Assembly: GCA_945860415.1 (NCBI GenBank)
Contig: CAMAQA010000006.1
Location: forward strand, 959-64,958
DNA from: Bacteriovorax stolpii
Lineage (GTDB): Bacteria; Bdellovibrionota; UBA1018
DNA: 64,000 bases
Direction of reading: 5' to 3'
The translations under genes were made by a program, and so were the position numbers. This document shows, in pieces, positions 40,201-50,574 of this stretch. Every line of letters starts with the position of its first letter. Within the stretch, counting starts at the first letter, position 1. The notes under the pieces are model-generated. The model had not been told where the DNA came from. It saw nothing but the letters and a program-made list of their open reading frames with translations, and did not search any database.

Positions 40201-41231
40201 TGTCCGTGGAACCCGGTCTGACGCCATCTCAGATCAGCGGACACGGTGTTGGACCAGAGTCCAAGACGGGGCCCGTTTCCGAACCTTCGCAGCAGCGAAG
40301 GACGGGAATGGGCCCTCGTCATTTGTCGGGAGGCGTGCTCCTCGTCCTCTCGAGTGCGTTGCTCTACCTCACGTTTTTCCTATCGGTGGTGGCCCCGCTG
40401 CCGCTGATTTTCGTGCGCCTCACGCGTGGCCGCGTGGCGGCCGCAGGAGCCACGTTCCTGAACATGGCGTTGGTTTTCGTCCTGTCCAGCTGGCCTGGGC
40501 TGGTCGGGTACGCTATTTTTACCGCCGCAACGAGTTGGCTGATTTCAGAGCTTGCGGTTCTTTTTTCCGGTCGCTCGAAAAACAAGGCGGAGGAGGCGCC
40601 TCAAGCGCTCTTTCGGCTGCTATCGAGCAGTGCCGTGGGACTTGCGGTGGTGCTCCTTGTTGCAGTGATCACTTGGGCCACGGTAGCGCAGGTGTCGCCG
40701 TGGACGGAGCTGGCGCGCGGCCTCGACTGGCTCGGCGAGCAGATGATGGCGCAGTCTCCGCCCGGAACGATGGATCCGGCAGATTGGGCGCTTCAAAAAG
40801 AAGAGTGGATTCGGAACCTGCCGTCAAGCGCATCGATTGCCATCCTGCTGCAATGCTGGGTGGCCATGACTCTGATGCTCCGACTCAACCCGGCGCGCAT
40901 CCGCGAACGGCTGGCGATTTCATCTGCTTTTCATCGGCTCTGGAAAAATCCCGAATGGCTGGTGTGGCCGACGATCGCCTCGGGCTTCGGGGCTTTGGTG
41001 CTTTCCGGAGCGGCGGCGGATGCTTCTGGCAACCTGCTCAAGATCCTTCTGGCGTTTTATGGGCTTCAGGGCCTGGCTATTCTGAGCGGGGTTTTTGACC
41101 TGTGGAAGCTTCGAGGATTGGTCCGGGCGTTGGCCTTTTTCCTCGTGTTTACCTTGATGCTTCCGCTGGTTTTGGCGCTGGGCTTTTTCGACCTGTGGTT
41201 TGACTTTCGAGCCAAACTCAGGCAGTCATGA
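40201..41231 (+). CDS. Polytopic membrane protein (YybS/DUF2232-like by synteny between rpsR and rplI)
   Basis: Multiple TM helices. It occupies the position of B. subtilis yybS upstream of rplI-dnaB; no gdpP-like gene is present. Confidence 0.5.
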
Positions 41232-41265
41232 CCATCTCAATTTACTGATAAAGGTGGACTTTCAA

Positions 41266-41712
41266 ATGCAGGTCATTCTTCGCGAAAACGTCGAAAATCT
41301 GGGTCGAGTTGGTGACATCGTCAAGGTGTCCGACGGTTATGCCCGGAATTTCCTGATTCCCCACAACCTGGTTTTCATCGCTGACGAAAGCAACGTTCGT
41401 GCGATCGAGCACAATAAGAAGCTGCTCGAAAAGCGCGCGCAGGAGATGCGCAAGTCCGCTGAAGAGCAGGCTAAGTTGCTTTCGACTGTCATCGTGTCGC
41501 TGGCCCGCAAGGTGGGCGAGCACGACAAGCTTTTCGGCTCAGTGAGTGCAGGCGACGTCGCCGACGCGCTGGCCAAGGCCGGGCACAAGGTCGAGCGTCG
41601 CTGGGTGCAGATCGTTGATCCGATCAAGACTCTCGGCACGCACAGCGTGGCCGTGAAGCTCCTTCCCGAAGTGAGCGCGACTATCAAGGTCGTCGTGACC
41701 AAGGAAGTCTGA
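41266..41712 (+). CDS. rplI: 50S ribosomal protein L9
   Basis: MQVILRENVENLGRVGDIVKVSDGYARNFLIP matches the L9 N-domain. Confidence 0.95.
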   Translation: MQVILRENVENLGRVGDIVKVSDGYARNFLIPHNLVFIADESNVRAIEHNKKLLEKRAQEMRKSAEEQAKLLSTVIVSLARKVGEHDKLFGSVSAGDVADALAKAGHKVERRWVQIVDPIKTLGTHSVAVKLLPEVSATIKVVVTKEV

Positions 41713-41745
41713 TCCGGATCGCCCGGAATCGTGTTTTGATTTGAG

Positions 41746-41783
41746 CGGGCATCTTCGAGTCCTCGGAGATGCCCGTTTTTTTG
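41746..41783 (+). terminator. Rho-independent terminator downstream of rplI
   Basis: GC-rich hairpin CGGGCATCTTCGAG / CTCGGAGATGCCCG followed by TTTTTTT. Confidence 0.7.
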
Positions 41784-41808
41784 GTGACTTGCAGTTGGGG
41801 GAAGTTCA

Positions 41809-43308
41809 ATGAATGTCGGTCATGGAAACCAGGGGAGTGGTGGGTCCTTGCCTCCATGGGACATGGGGGCCTTTCTTGGACAGGAGCAGCCGCCCGCGTA
41901 CCAACCCGGCTCTCGGCAAAGCGCGAAAATTCCTCCGCATAGCCTCGAGGCCGAGCGCTCGGTTCTGGGTGCCGTCCTTCTCAAGAACGAAGCCATCTAT
42001 CAGGTGATCGAAGTTGGCGTCGAGGCGCGCGATTTCTACCATTCAGCCCATCAGAAGATTTTTGAAGTCGTGCTGGCGCTCTCGCACCGGAATGAGCCGG
42101 TGGATCTTCTCACGCTGACGAACGGCCTCAAGGACCGCCAATGGTACGAGGCCGTCGGCGGCGCCTCGGCGCTCACCACCCTGCTCGAGGAGACCTTTGC
42201 CGTCTCCAATATCGCGCATTATGCGCAAATCATTCGCTCGAAGTCCCAGCTGCGTCGAATGATCGATACCTGCACGGATATCGTCGAGGAATCCTACGGT
42301 CCGGTCGAGGACATGGAAGCCTTCATGGACGACGCTGAAAAGCGCGTCTTCGGGGTCTCGGATACCAAGAGCAACAAGACCTTTTCGACCATGACGGAGC
42401 TTCTCGTTGGCGCGATGACTCGGATCGAGGAGCTCGCGAACCAGAAGCAGGAAGTCACTGGTGTCTCGACGGGCTTCAAGGATTTCGACCGGCTCACCAC
42501 CGGCCTTCATCCCGGTCAGATTGTCGTCCTCGCGGCCCGACCCGGAATGGGTAAGACCTCCTGGTTCCTCTCGGCGCTTCAGCATGCCGCGGTCAAGGAC
42601 AGGAAGGTGGTGGCGCTGTTCTCGCTTGAAATGTCGAAGGAAGAACTCTGCTTCAAGATGATTTCCGGACTGGCCCGGATCAACGCGCGAAACCTGAAGC
42701 AGGGCAGGCTGCTGGATCGTGACTGGCAGCGACTGGCCCAGGCCGCCGACGATCTTTCGAAATGCCGTATCGCCATTGATGACTCCGGCTCGCTCACGGT
42801 CATGGATGTGCGTGCTCGTTGTCGCCGCCTGCTGGCGATGGAAAAGCGTCTCGACCTGATCGTCATCGACTATCTGCAGCTGATGAAGGGCTCGAAATCA
42901 TCGTCGAAGGAGTCGAACCGCGAACAGGAAATTTCGGGCATCAGCCGCGGACTGAAGGAGCTCGCCAAGGAGCTCGGCGTTCCAATCATTGTCTTGTCGC
43001 AGCTGAATCGTGGCGTGGAGAACCGCCAGGACAAGCGTCCGATGCTCTCCGACCTTCGCGAATCGGGAGCCATCGAGCAGGACGCCGACATGGTCGTCTT
43101 CATTCACCGCGAAGACTACTACAACAAGGAAACCGAGCAGAAGGGCATTGCCGAGATCATCATCGCCAAGAATCGCGCGGGTGAAACGGATACCGTCAAG
43201 CTGGGCTGGGTCGGAGAATTCACGCTTTTCGTGAATCTTGCCGAAGAGTCTTCAGGTATGCCCGTTTATCCGCAAAGGACCGTGGAAAAAGGCGGACCAA
43301 GCTTCTGA
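41809..43308 (+). CDS. dnaB: Replicative DNA helicase DnaB
   Basis: PPHSLEAERSVLGAVLL (N-terminal domain), Walker A GARPGMGKTS, H4 RecA-like motifs; 499 aa. Confidence 0.95.
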   Translation: MNVGHGNQGSGGSLPPWDMGAFLGQEQPPAYQPGSRQSAKIPPHSLEAERSVLGAVLLKNEAIYQVIEVGVEARDFYHSAHQKIFEVVLALSHRNEPVDLLTLTNGLKDRQWYEAVGGASALTTLLEETFAVSNIAHYAQIIRSKSQLRRMIDTCTDIVEESYGPVEDMEAFMDDAEKRVFGVSDTKSNKTFSTMTELLVGAMTRIEELANQKQEVTGVSTGFKDFDRLTTGLHPGQIVVLAARPGMGKTSWFLSALQHAAVKDRKVVALFSLEMSKEELCFKMISGLARINARNLKQGRLLDRDWQRLAQAADDLSKCRIAIDDSGSLTVMDVRARCRRLLAMEKRLDLIVIDYLQLMKGSKSSSKESNREQEISGISRGLKELAKELGVPIIVLSQLNRGVENRQDKRPMLSDLRESGAIEQDADMVVFIHREDYYNKETEQKGIAEIIIAKNRAGETDTVKLGWVGEFTLFVNLAEESSGMPVYPQRTVEKGGPSF

Positions 43309-43389
43309 TCTAAAAGGGATTTTCCCGTTTTGTGAAGGGGCTTAAAATAGTTGACTAGTTAAGACCATTATTGGAGGGTCTGGCCGCTT

Positions 43390-46300
43390 ATGGATCTGAG
43401 CGCCGCCAACAGTCGCTTTTTCCGCCGGTTTGCGTGGATGCGTCCCCGCGCAGGCTTCCGTGCGCTCCTGGTTGTAGCGACCTCGTCGCTAGGGCTCAGC
43501 GCCTGTTCCATGGGGCTTTTTTCGGACGGCAAGGACGCTTCCGTCCTGGCTCAAAAGCCCTATCGCCCCGACAATTCACTCTGCGCGAACATCGACATCC
43601 GCTCGAGCGACGTGAGTGTTCCGCAATTTCGTGAACTCCTCGCATGCTTGAATTCCAATGGGTCTCTTTCCGAGATCCAGAAGCTCACCGATCTGATGAG
43701 TGACGAGGACCTGCTGCCGCTCGTGCGAGTTGGCAACGAGCAGTTCTTCAAGAACCCCGTCTACCTTTACCAGTTCGAGAAGACGTTTGCCCAATGGGCG
43801 GCCCAAGGTCTTCTTGCTGAAGATCTCGACCAGATCGGCGGACTGATTCGAAATGATGCGTGGATCCGAAGTGTCCTGGCGCTGATGGCAAAGGCCGACA
43901 CGAGGATCTACAGCGCACTCGAAATCATCGCGCGGGATCTGGATGCAGAAAAGCTGTCGCGCAGTTTCGAGGCACTGGTTGCCACGATTGAATCACCGGC
44001 ATTCAAGAGCCTCCAGGACCGCCTGCGCGTTCCCGGCCAGTCTCCACTGACCCTCGACGAGATGGCCGCCGCGATCATGGCTTACATTCGGGCACAGCGT
44101 GCTCCGGGAAGGGTGGACGTCGATCGTCGAGTGCTGCGCGCCATTGCCGACGGCTCTCTCTTCATGGTGCTGGATGACTTTTCGCTCAGCCTCTCTCCTG
44201 CAGGAGATCTTCGAGAAAGCGTGGCCAGGTTTTCTGCACTGTCAAACCAGCTGAGCGCGCGTGAGTCGCGGATCCTTGGAGTGGGGCCGCGCCGTGATGC
44301 CGAGCGTTTCCGTGATCTCCTGGGCCTGGTCAATGGCATGCATGCTCCGATCGCCTGCCTGAAGGGCACGCAAGTCGTTCCGAACGGAGTGATGTTCGTG
44401 CTCCGCGAGCTTTCCAGCCGATCGACGAAAGACGCGGATCACTTCCTGCGACGGGAGAATTTGCTCAACCTTTCGCTCCTGAATTCGATCTGTGAATTTC
44501 CGGATGCGCTATCGAAGCATTACTCCGCTCTCCAGTCGCTGTCGTCGACCGACACGCTCTTTACCGCAGTAGAATTTGCAAAATCCTTTTACCGGAACGG
44601 CTCGGCGGAACTTCTGGTCGACGCTCTCGGCGGAGAGGGCACCGGCGCGGGAGTGCATTCCTCGCTGCCGTCGCCGATGATCGAGCTGATGCCGATTCTC
44701 TCGGAGATGACGAGCCGCGGAGCAATGGAGGATCTCTACCTGCTGGTTTCCTCGATTCGGCAGGAGGATCGCGCCAAGTGGCAGCAGTTCTTTTCTTTCC
44801 TGGTCGAGAGCCGGCCCGAGCTGGGGGGAGCGTCGATCTACGACGTGCTTTACGATACGGTCATCCGAGCGGATGAAGGCGTGATTGCCGATCTGATGCA
44901 GGGCTTCAGCCAGTTCATGTCGCAACGGGACGATATTTTCGCCCCGGCCCTGCGAAGCATGCGCCGGGTGCTGCTCATGAACAATGTCCATCCGATCCAG
45001 GACGTGATCGTGGGCATGCTCAGGAGTCCGGAGCAGAATCGCGACTTCTTCGAGGCGATCTTCAAGACAGCCCGCAGGCACCCGGAGGAATTTGAAGGTG
45101 CCATTCGGCTCGTCGGAGAGATGACCCGCTCCGAGGATGGTCGGCTGAAGGACGTCATTGGCGCGACCGTTCGCGTCTTCTCCAAGTTTGCCGCCCAGGG
45201 CGAAGCTGCGGGCCGGGTGGAGAATCGCCAAGTCCCGGCGTTTGATCCGGCACTTTTGCGTGCGCATCACTGGAGCCGACAGGATCTGGTGGCCGTGGTT
45301 CCACAGCTCCTGCCGGACTGGAAAGGTTGCAGCGGACTTTCTCCCACCGTCAGGCTGGATCAGTATGAAAATCCCGCGCATGCCGAATCTCTGGACAACT
45401 ACCTGCAATGCCTGGATTCGGATGGAAAACACTCGGATATCGTCAGCGTCTTCCAGTACCTGCGAGGCGAAAAAACCTCGAATGGAAAGCCGCTGCTCCA
45501 TCACTGGCTGGACCAGGTTCGGTCAGTCGACCTGAGCCCGACGGCGATCCAACAGCTCATCCGAAGCTTCTTCAACCTGTATGACGAAGGAACACTCTTC
45601 CGCGGGGTGGATCTCCTTCCGTGGTGGCTCAGCTATGACTTCGCAGGCGGTCGCGGTTCGGCTCCGTCAACGCTCCTTTCGCCACTCATCGACGTGATTG
45701 GTGGCGTGGTTCGCAAGGCAGGAGATTCGCTCGTCCGGTTCCAGAAGTTCGGAGGAGAACTCGTCACCGGTGATGCCGTGCCTGGAGCGCTGGATTTCGT
45801 GAACAGCGTCACCAAGACGCTGCCTGCTGCAACGCCTTTCACCGACACGGTGGAATTTCCGGTCAAGCCCTTCCAGGCTCCGCTCTGGCAGTATGAGTGC
45901 CTGGCTCGTCCTGCCGACCAGGCGATGCGCGCGGATCAGCTCGTGCGCGATTACGGCCGGGCCATTTCAGCGTGGCAGGTCAACGCTTCAGGTCGTCCTC
46001 GCTATGGCTGGGGAAAAAGGGAGCTCCGCGACGAGCTGGCTTCCGTGGCACAGAAGTTTTCGGACCCGTCCCAGGGGCCGGTGCTGGCGAAGCTCGTCGA
46101 CTTCCTTCGGATGATGTCGCTTGGAGCGGGCGAGCGCCCGACCCAGGGGCGGCTCCACCACTGGAGCGAGCTCCGAGATTGGCTGGCCCTTCGTGCGACT
46201 GACTGGCACCTGATTCCGTATTTCTATCCGGGCGAGGAGAATCCGCGCCTCAAGATGGCAAGCACGCTCGACCTTTTCGAGATGCTCGTGATCAACGCGG

Positions 46301-47664
46301 ACTTCAACTTCATGCTGCCAGAAAACTATGCGCTGAAGTTTCTCGGACTCGTGGGCAGGGCCTGGGGTGACGAGCCCAGGAGCCTCTGGCCGGCGGATAT
46401 CCAGCAGATGTATTCGCGCGGAGGCCGGCCACAGACCCTTCGAGAAGCCTTCGAAGAAATCAAGAGCACCCAGGGATTGGCGGAAAGCATGCTGGGCTTT
46501 CCGGATCTTCCGGATTGTCCGCGAGGTCGAACCGGCCAGCGCGGCATCTCACTGATACCGCTCGACGTGAAGGCGCGTGTCTTCAACCTCAGTCAGATCG
46601 TGTCGATCATCGAGCGGAATCTTCCCGATTCGCAGGGGCCTTATCGGGGCGGCCTGAAGATTCTCCGCGACATCCTCTACCAGCTTTGGTCGAGCACTCC
46701 CGCGAGCGACCGAGGAACAAGCGATGGATGGAAGAACAATCTGTCCATCGGGCCGAAACTCGCGAGGCTCGGAGCATTCCGCCAGGTTTCGCGCGGGGTG
46801 CGCCTGGCCGTGCTTTCTGAAAATCAAGGGCCGCGCGAGGGCGACCGAGCCTTGGATTCCGCCATCCAGGGTTTGATCGCGGGCTCGATGCAGCCTGCCG
46901 CAGCGTCCGCGGCAAATGCCGTTTTCCGGAACGATCCGGGAAATCGGTTCTTTTTTTCACTCTTTGATTTCGGCTACGACCTGCTTTCGCGCCCCCAGGG
47001 ACAGGCACAGCTTCGCGAAGCGCTGCTTTACGGAGTTGCCGCGATGAGGTCGCCGGTCCTTGCCGATGGAATCGTGCACAATGCGTCGATGATCTTCTCA
47101 AGCCATCGGCCCGAGGTGCTACAGGTTCTGCCGGTTGCCGGCGATCTTCTGGTCTCCGCAGATGTTTCCTCGACGATACGGTCTTTCGAGTCGTGGCAGC
47201 CCCAGTCGCAGGAGGACCTCGATTCTCGACGCGATTTCGATGAGATCGTGCAGAAAATCCTGCGGACCAGGGTCGATGGAAAGGCGCTCAGCGTCGATGC
47301 CATCCGAATGCTCTCGGTTTTCTCGACAATCGACATGAAAGCTCCGTGGGAGGAGTTCCTTCGTCGGAAGCGCCTGCTCGAGTCGAACCCCGATTACGCA
47401 GGGCTGGGAGCATCCGAGCTCGTGGATCGGGCTTTTGAATTCCTCACCGAGAAGGATCCGAGAACGGCCCAGGCTGCTCGGGAGCTCCGTCAATATGTCG
47501 GCAGCCAGCTCTCGGCGGGTCAGTTCCATGAGTACCTGCTTTGGATTGAGCGAGATCCTGACGGCGTGCGACGGTTTCTTGCCGCTATCGGCCGGGCATC
47601 CGGCAATGGCGATCTCAAGGATCTGCTGCGCCTGGCGCGTCGAGCCCTTCCGGATCCTCGCTGA
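43390..47664 (+). CDS. Giant lipoprotein (1424 aa), mostly alpha-helical, no recognisable domain
   Basis: Lipobox LGLSACS after a basic N-terminus. One continuous ORF of 4.3 kb with high-GC third positions, ending 33 nt before moxR. Confidence 0.6.
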   Translation: MDLSAANSRFFRRFAWMRPRAGFRALLVVATSSLGLSACSMGLFSDGKDASVLAQKPYRPDNSLCANIDIRSSDVSVPQFRELLACLNSNGSLSEIQKLTDLMSDEDLLPLVRVGNEQFFKNPVYLYQFEKTFAQWAAQGLLAEDLDQIGGLIRNDAWIRSVLALMAKADTRIYSALEIIARDLDAEKLSRSFEALVATIESPAFKSLQDRLRVPGQSPLTLDEMAAAIMAYIRAQRAPGRVDVDRRVLRAIADGSLFMVLDDFSLSLSPAGDLRESVARFSALSNQLSARESRILGVGPRRDAERFRDLLGLVNGMHAPIACLKGTQVVPNGVMFVLRELSSRSTKDADHFLRRENLLNLSLLNSICEFPDALSKHYSALQSLSSTDTLFTAVEFAKSFYRNGSAELLVDALGGEGTGAGVHSSLPSPMIELMPILSEMTSRGAMEDLYLLVSSIRQEDRAKWQQFFSFLVESRPELGGASIYDVLYDTVIRADEGVIADLMQGFSQFMSQRDDIFAPALRSMRRVLLMNNVHPIQDVIVGMLRSPEQNRDFFEAIFKTARRHPEEFEGAIRLVGEMTRSEDGRLKDVIGATVRVFSKFAAQGEAAGRVENRQVPAFDPALLRAHHWSRQDLVAVVPQLLPDWKGCSGLSPTVRLDQYENPAHAESLDNYLQCLDSDGKHSDIVSVFQYLRGEKTSNGKPLLHHWLDQVRSVDLSPTAIQQLIRSFFNLYDEGTLFRGVDLLPWWLSYDFAGGRGSAPSTLLSPLIDVIGGVVRKAGDSLVRFQKFGGELVTGDAVPGALDFVNSVTKTLPAATPFTDTVEFPVKPFQAPLWQYECLARPADQAMRADQLVRDYGRAISAWQVNASGRPRYGWGKRELRDELASVAQKFSDPSQGPVLAKLVDFLRMMSLGAGERPTQGRLHHWSELRDWLALRATDWHLIPYFYPGEENPRLKMASTLDLFEMLVINADFNFMLPENYALKFLGLVGRAWGDEPRSLWPADIQQMYSRGGRPQTLREAFEEIKSTQGLAESMLGFPDLPDCPRGRTGQRGISLIPLDVKARVFNLSQIVSIIERNLPDSQGPYRGGLKILRDILYQLWSSTPASDRGTSDGWKNNLSIGPKLARLGAFRQVSRGVRLAVLSENQGPREGDRALDSAIQGLIAGSMQPAAASAANAVFRNDPGNRFFFSLFDFGYDLLSRPQGQAQLREALLYGVAAMRSPVLADGIVHNASMIFSSHRPEVLQVLPVAGDLLVSADVSSTIRSFESWQPQSQEDLDSRRDFDEIVQKILRTRVDGKALSVDAIRMLSVFSTIDMKAPWEEFLRRKRLLESNPDYAGLGASELVDRAFEFLTEKDPRTAQAARELRQYVGSQLSAGQFHEYLLWIERDPDGVRRFLAAIGRASGNGDLKDLLRLARRALPDPR

Positions 47665-47697
47665 GTTGCTTGACGGCGGTCCCGCCGGAGCCGGAAG

Positions 47698-48705
47698 ATG
47701 GGATTTATGTCCCAGATTCCAACTGATGTCCGCAGCCTCACGGAAGAAATCCGCCAACGCCGCCAGTTCGTCGATGAGCTCCTCGCGGAGACATCGAAGG
47801 TTGTCGTAGGACAACGGGTGCTTCTCGAACGACTCCTGCTCGCTCTTCTTTGCGACGGCCATGTCCTCCTTGAAGGACTTCCCGGCCTCGCGAAGACACT
47901 GACCATCAAGACGCTCGCTGATGTCATCCACGCGCAGTTTCAGCGAATCCAGTTCACGCCTGATCTCCTGCCTGCCGACCTGATCGGCACGATGATCTTC
48001 AACCCGAAAACCGGCGATTTCACGCCGAAGAAGGGCCCGATCTTCACTCAGCTCGTGCTGGCCGATGAAATCAACCGTGCTCCTGCCAAGGTGCAGAGCG
48101 CTTTGCTCGAGGCGATGGGCGAGCACCAGGTGACCATCGGTGAAACGACCTATAAGATGGCCGATCCGTTCATCGTTCTCGCTACGCAGAACCCGATCGA
48201 GCAGGAAGGCACCTATCCGTTGCCGGAAGCCCAGCTTGACCGTTTCCTCTTCAAGGTGAAGGTCGGTTATCCGAACATCTCCGAAGAGAAGAACATCCTG
48301 AACCGGATGAGCGGCGTCGATGCTCCGAAGGCCGCCAAGGTCTGCAGGCCCGAGCAGATCCTGCAGGCCCGAGAAGTGGCCTCGCGGATCTACATGGACG
48401 AGAAGATCAAGGACTACATCCTGGGCATCGTGTTTGCGAGCCGGTTTCCGGAACGCTCCGGACTGCCCCAGCTCAAGTCGATGGTCCAGGTCGGCGCCTC
48501 GCCGCGAGCGACGATTGCGCTGGCCAGGGCGGCACGCGCGCATGCGTTCATCGAACATCGTGGCTTTGTCACTCCCGAAGATGTGAAGGCGATTGCCTAC
48601 GACGTGCTCCGGCACCGCATCCTCGTGACCTTCGAAGCGGAGGCCGACGGAGTTTCGAGCGAGCAGATCATCCAGAAGATCCTCGAACGTGTTGAGGTGC
48701 CGTGA
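47698..48705 (+). CDS. moxR: MoxR-family AAA+ ATPase
   Basis: GHVLLEGLPGLAKT (Walker A), VLADEINRAPAKVQSALLEAM (Walker B / sensor 1), 335 aa. Confidence 0.9.
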   Translation: MGFMSQIPTDVRSLTEEIRQRRQFVDELLAETSKVVVGQRVLLERLLLALLCDGHVLLEGLPGLAKTLTIKTLADVIHAQFQRIQFTPDLLPADLIGTMIFNPKTGDFTPKKGPIFTQLVLADEINRAPAKVQSALLEAMGEHQVTIGETTYKMADPFIVLATQNPIEQEGTYPLPEAQLDRFLFKVKVGYPNISEEKNILNRMSGVDAPKAAKVCRPEQILQAREVASRIYMDEKIKDYILGIVFASRFPERSGLPQLKSMVQVGASPRATIALARAARAHAFIEHRGFVTPEDVKAIAYDVLRHRILVTFEAEADGVSSEQIIQKILERVEVP

Positions 48706-48721
48706 GGCACGCGGAGGAGCC

Positions 48722-49600
48722 ATGCTGGCGAGCGACCAGATCCGGAAGATCCGGGCCATCGAATTCTCGACGAGGCGCCTGCTCGACGACCTGATGAGCG
48801 GCGGCTTTCGCAGCTCGTTCAAGGGCCAGGGCGTGCAGTTTTCGGAGCACCGGGTGTATGTTCCCGGCGATGACATCCGGCACATCGACTGGAAGGTGAG
48901 CGCGCGCACGCGCGAGCCGCTCGTGAAAAAGTTCGAGGAGGAGCGAGAGCTCTCGGTCCTTCTGGTGGTCGATGCTTCGGCAAGCCTCGCATTCGGCAGC
49001 CGCGAGAAGCTCAAATCGGAGGCTGCTGCCGAGGTCGCGGGAATGCTCGCCTATGCGGCGGCAATGTCGGGCGACAAGACCGGGATGATTCTTTTTTCAG
49101 AGCAGGTCGAAAAGGTGCTGCCCCTGAAGAAGGGCAAGAACCACGTCTCGCGGATCCTCCGCGAGCTCTTCGAACATCGGCCTCGAGGTAGGAAAACCTG
49201 CCTGGCCGACGCGCTCGAGATGGCCGGAAGAGTCATGAAGCACAAGGGCATCGTGATCGTCGTGAGTGATTTCATCGATGAGGAGTACGACATCTCTCTT
49301 CGACGGCTCGCGCGCAGGCATGATGTCGTGGCCATCCATGTGTCGGATCGCCTCGAGTCCGGAATGCCGAAATCAGGGTTCCTGAAGGTGGTCGATCCGG
49401 AGGGCGGGGGCACCCAGGTGGTTGATCCGGGGTCCTACATTTTCCAGCGCTGGCTCAAGGATTTTCACGAGTCGCACCGGACCGACACGGAATCAGCGTG
49501 GAAGGCTGGAAAGGTGGAGTCGGTTCGAATTGATACGCTCCAGGACCCGGCCGACCTGCTCGTCAAGTTCTTCAATGCCCGCGCGAGGAGACGTAGATGA
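48722..49600 (+). CDS. DUF58 protein (VWA-like, MoxR partner)
   Basis: EFSTRRLLDDLMSGGFRSSFKGQGVQFSEHRVYVPGDDIRHIDWKVSAR matches the DUF58 pattern. Confidence 0.85.
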   Translation: MLASDQIRKIRAIEFSTRRLLDDLMSGGFRSSFKGQGVQFSEHRVYVPGDDIRHIDWKVSARTREPLVKKFEEERELSVLLVVDASASLAFGSREKLKSEAAAEVAGMLAYAAAMSGDKTGMILFSEQVEKVLPLKKGKNHVSRILRELFEHRPRGRKTCLADALEMAGRVMKHKGIVIVVSDFIDEEYDISLRRLARRHDVVAIHVSDRLESGMPKSGFLKVVDPEGGGTQVVDPGSYIFQRWLKDFHESHRTDTESAWKAGKVESVRIDTLQDPADLLVKFFNARARRRR

Positions 49601-50574
49601 AGATGTTGTTCGCCCTCGCACTGTTTTTCTCAGCTGCCGGCGCCGCAACTGTCGCTTGGTCCGCGTCAGATGCTGCACCCGTGTTTCTTGCGGAGCGATA
49701 CTATAGTGCGCCGCAGTCGCAGAAGGTTGACCCGCCCATTCGCGTGGGTGACATCCTGCGATTCAGATGGATCGGAGAACAAAAGCCACCCACCAGTGCC
49801 GTGGAGATCGCTCCTGCCGAGGAGGGCAGATCGCTCTCGGAGCTGGGATGGGAGGTCTATTCGCATCCCAAGGATGATGCCACGTCGGCGTTCTCGGTGA
49901 TTCCGATCCGGCCGGGAGAAGTGGAGCTGCCTGCGCTGGCTGTTCGCGATGCGGAGAAGCGCGTCCTGGGCGTCACCAGGCCCGTCAAAATGAGTGTTGC
50001 TCCGGCAGCATCGGCAGAAGAACTCTCGAAGAAGGCTCCGGACTTTCTTCCTCCGGTGGCGATGCGCCTGCCCTGGTCGTGGATCATCGCCCTGCTGGCG
50101 ATCGGAGTGATACTTGCCGGAGTGGTCGTTGCGGTCCTCTGGAGAACGAGCCGAAAACTTCGCAAGCGTCCCCCCTTGAAGGCTTCAGAGCCGTCGCGTG
50201 CACGCCTGCCTGAAGATGAAGAGGCCCTGCGCCTGCTCGAGATGCTGGAACAGCAGCGTCTCTGGGCCGAACAGCGGTTCAAGCCGCATTATTTCGGAGT
50301 TTCGGAAGCCCTGAAAAAGTACATCGAAAGGCGTTTTGGCTTCGATGCCGCTGAATCGACTACTCGCGAAATGCTGCTCGGCCTCAGCGAAAGAGGTATC
50401 GACCGCGAACGCCTTGGCGGCCTTTCATCTCTCTTCGAGAAGCTGGATCGAGTGAAATTCACCGACTTCGTTCCTGAGGAACAGGAGTGCTCCTGGATCC
50501 TGGAGGAGGCGAGGGGCTGGATCCGGGCCACGCGCCAGGCGGCACCCAAAACCGGAGGAGTGAATGCGGTTTGA
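49597..50574 (+). CDS. DUF4381-like membrane protein of the Bat operon
   Basis: Signal peptide, one internal TM helix (WIIALLAIGVILAGVVVAVLW), conserved position between DUF58 and BatA. Its ATG overlaps the DUF58 stop (ATGA). Confidence 0.5.
   Translation: MKMLFALALFFSAAGAATVAWSASDAAPVFLAERYYSAPQSQKVDPPIRVGDILRFRWIGEQKPPTSAVEIAPAEEGRSLSELGWEVYSHPKDDATSAFSVIPIRPGEVELPALAVRDAEKRVLGVTRPVKMSVAPAASAEELSKKAPDFLPPVAMRLPWSWIIALLAIGVILAGVVVAVLWRTSRKLRKRPPLKASEPSRARLPEDEEALRLLEMLEQQRLWAEQRFKPHYFGVSEALKKYIERRFGFDAAESTTREMLLGLSERGIDRERLGGLSSLFEKLDRVKFTDFVPEEQECSWILEEARGWIRATRQAAPKTGGVNAV

Noticed and set aside
43340-43389. TTGACT hexamer upstream of the giant lipoprotein gene, as a possible sigma-70 -35
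   Set aside because: No acceptable -10 element lies at 16-19 nt spacing, so I leave it uncalled.
44509-45504. 331-aa minus-strand ORF inside the giant lipoprotein gene
   Set aside because: It sits antisense within one continuous 4.3-kb ORF. It is Arg/His-rich and has no RBS. I kept the long sense ORF.
47119-49014. 631-aa minus-strand ORF spanning the lipoprotein 3' end, moxR and DUF58
   Set aside because: It runs antisense across three plus-strand genes with strong family motifs (Walker A/B, DUF58), so it is a shadow frame.
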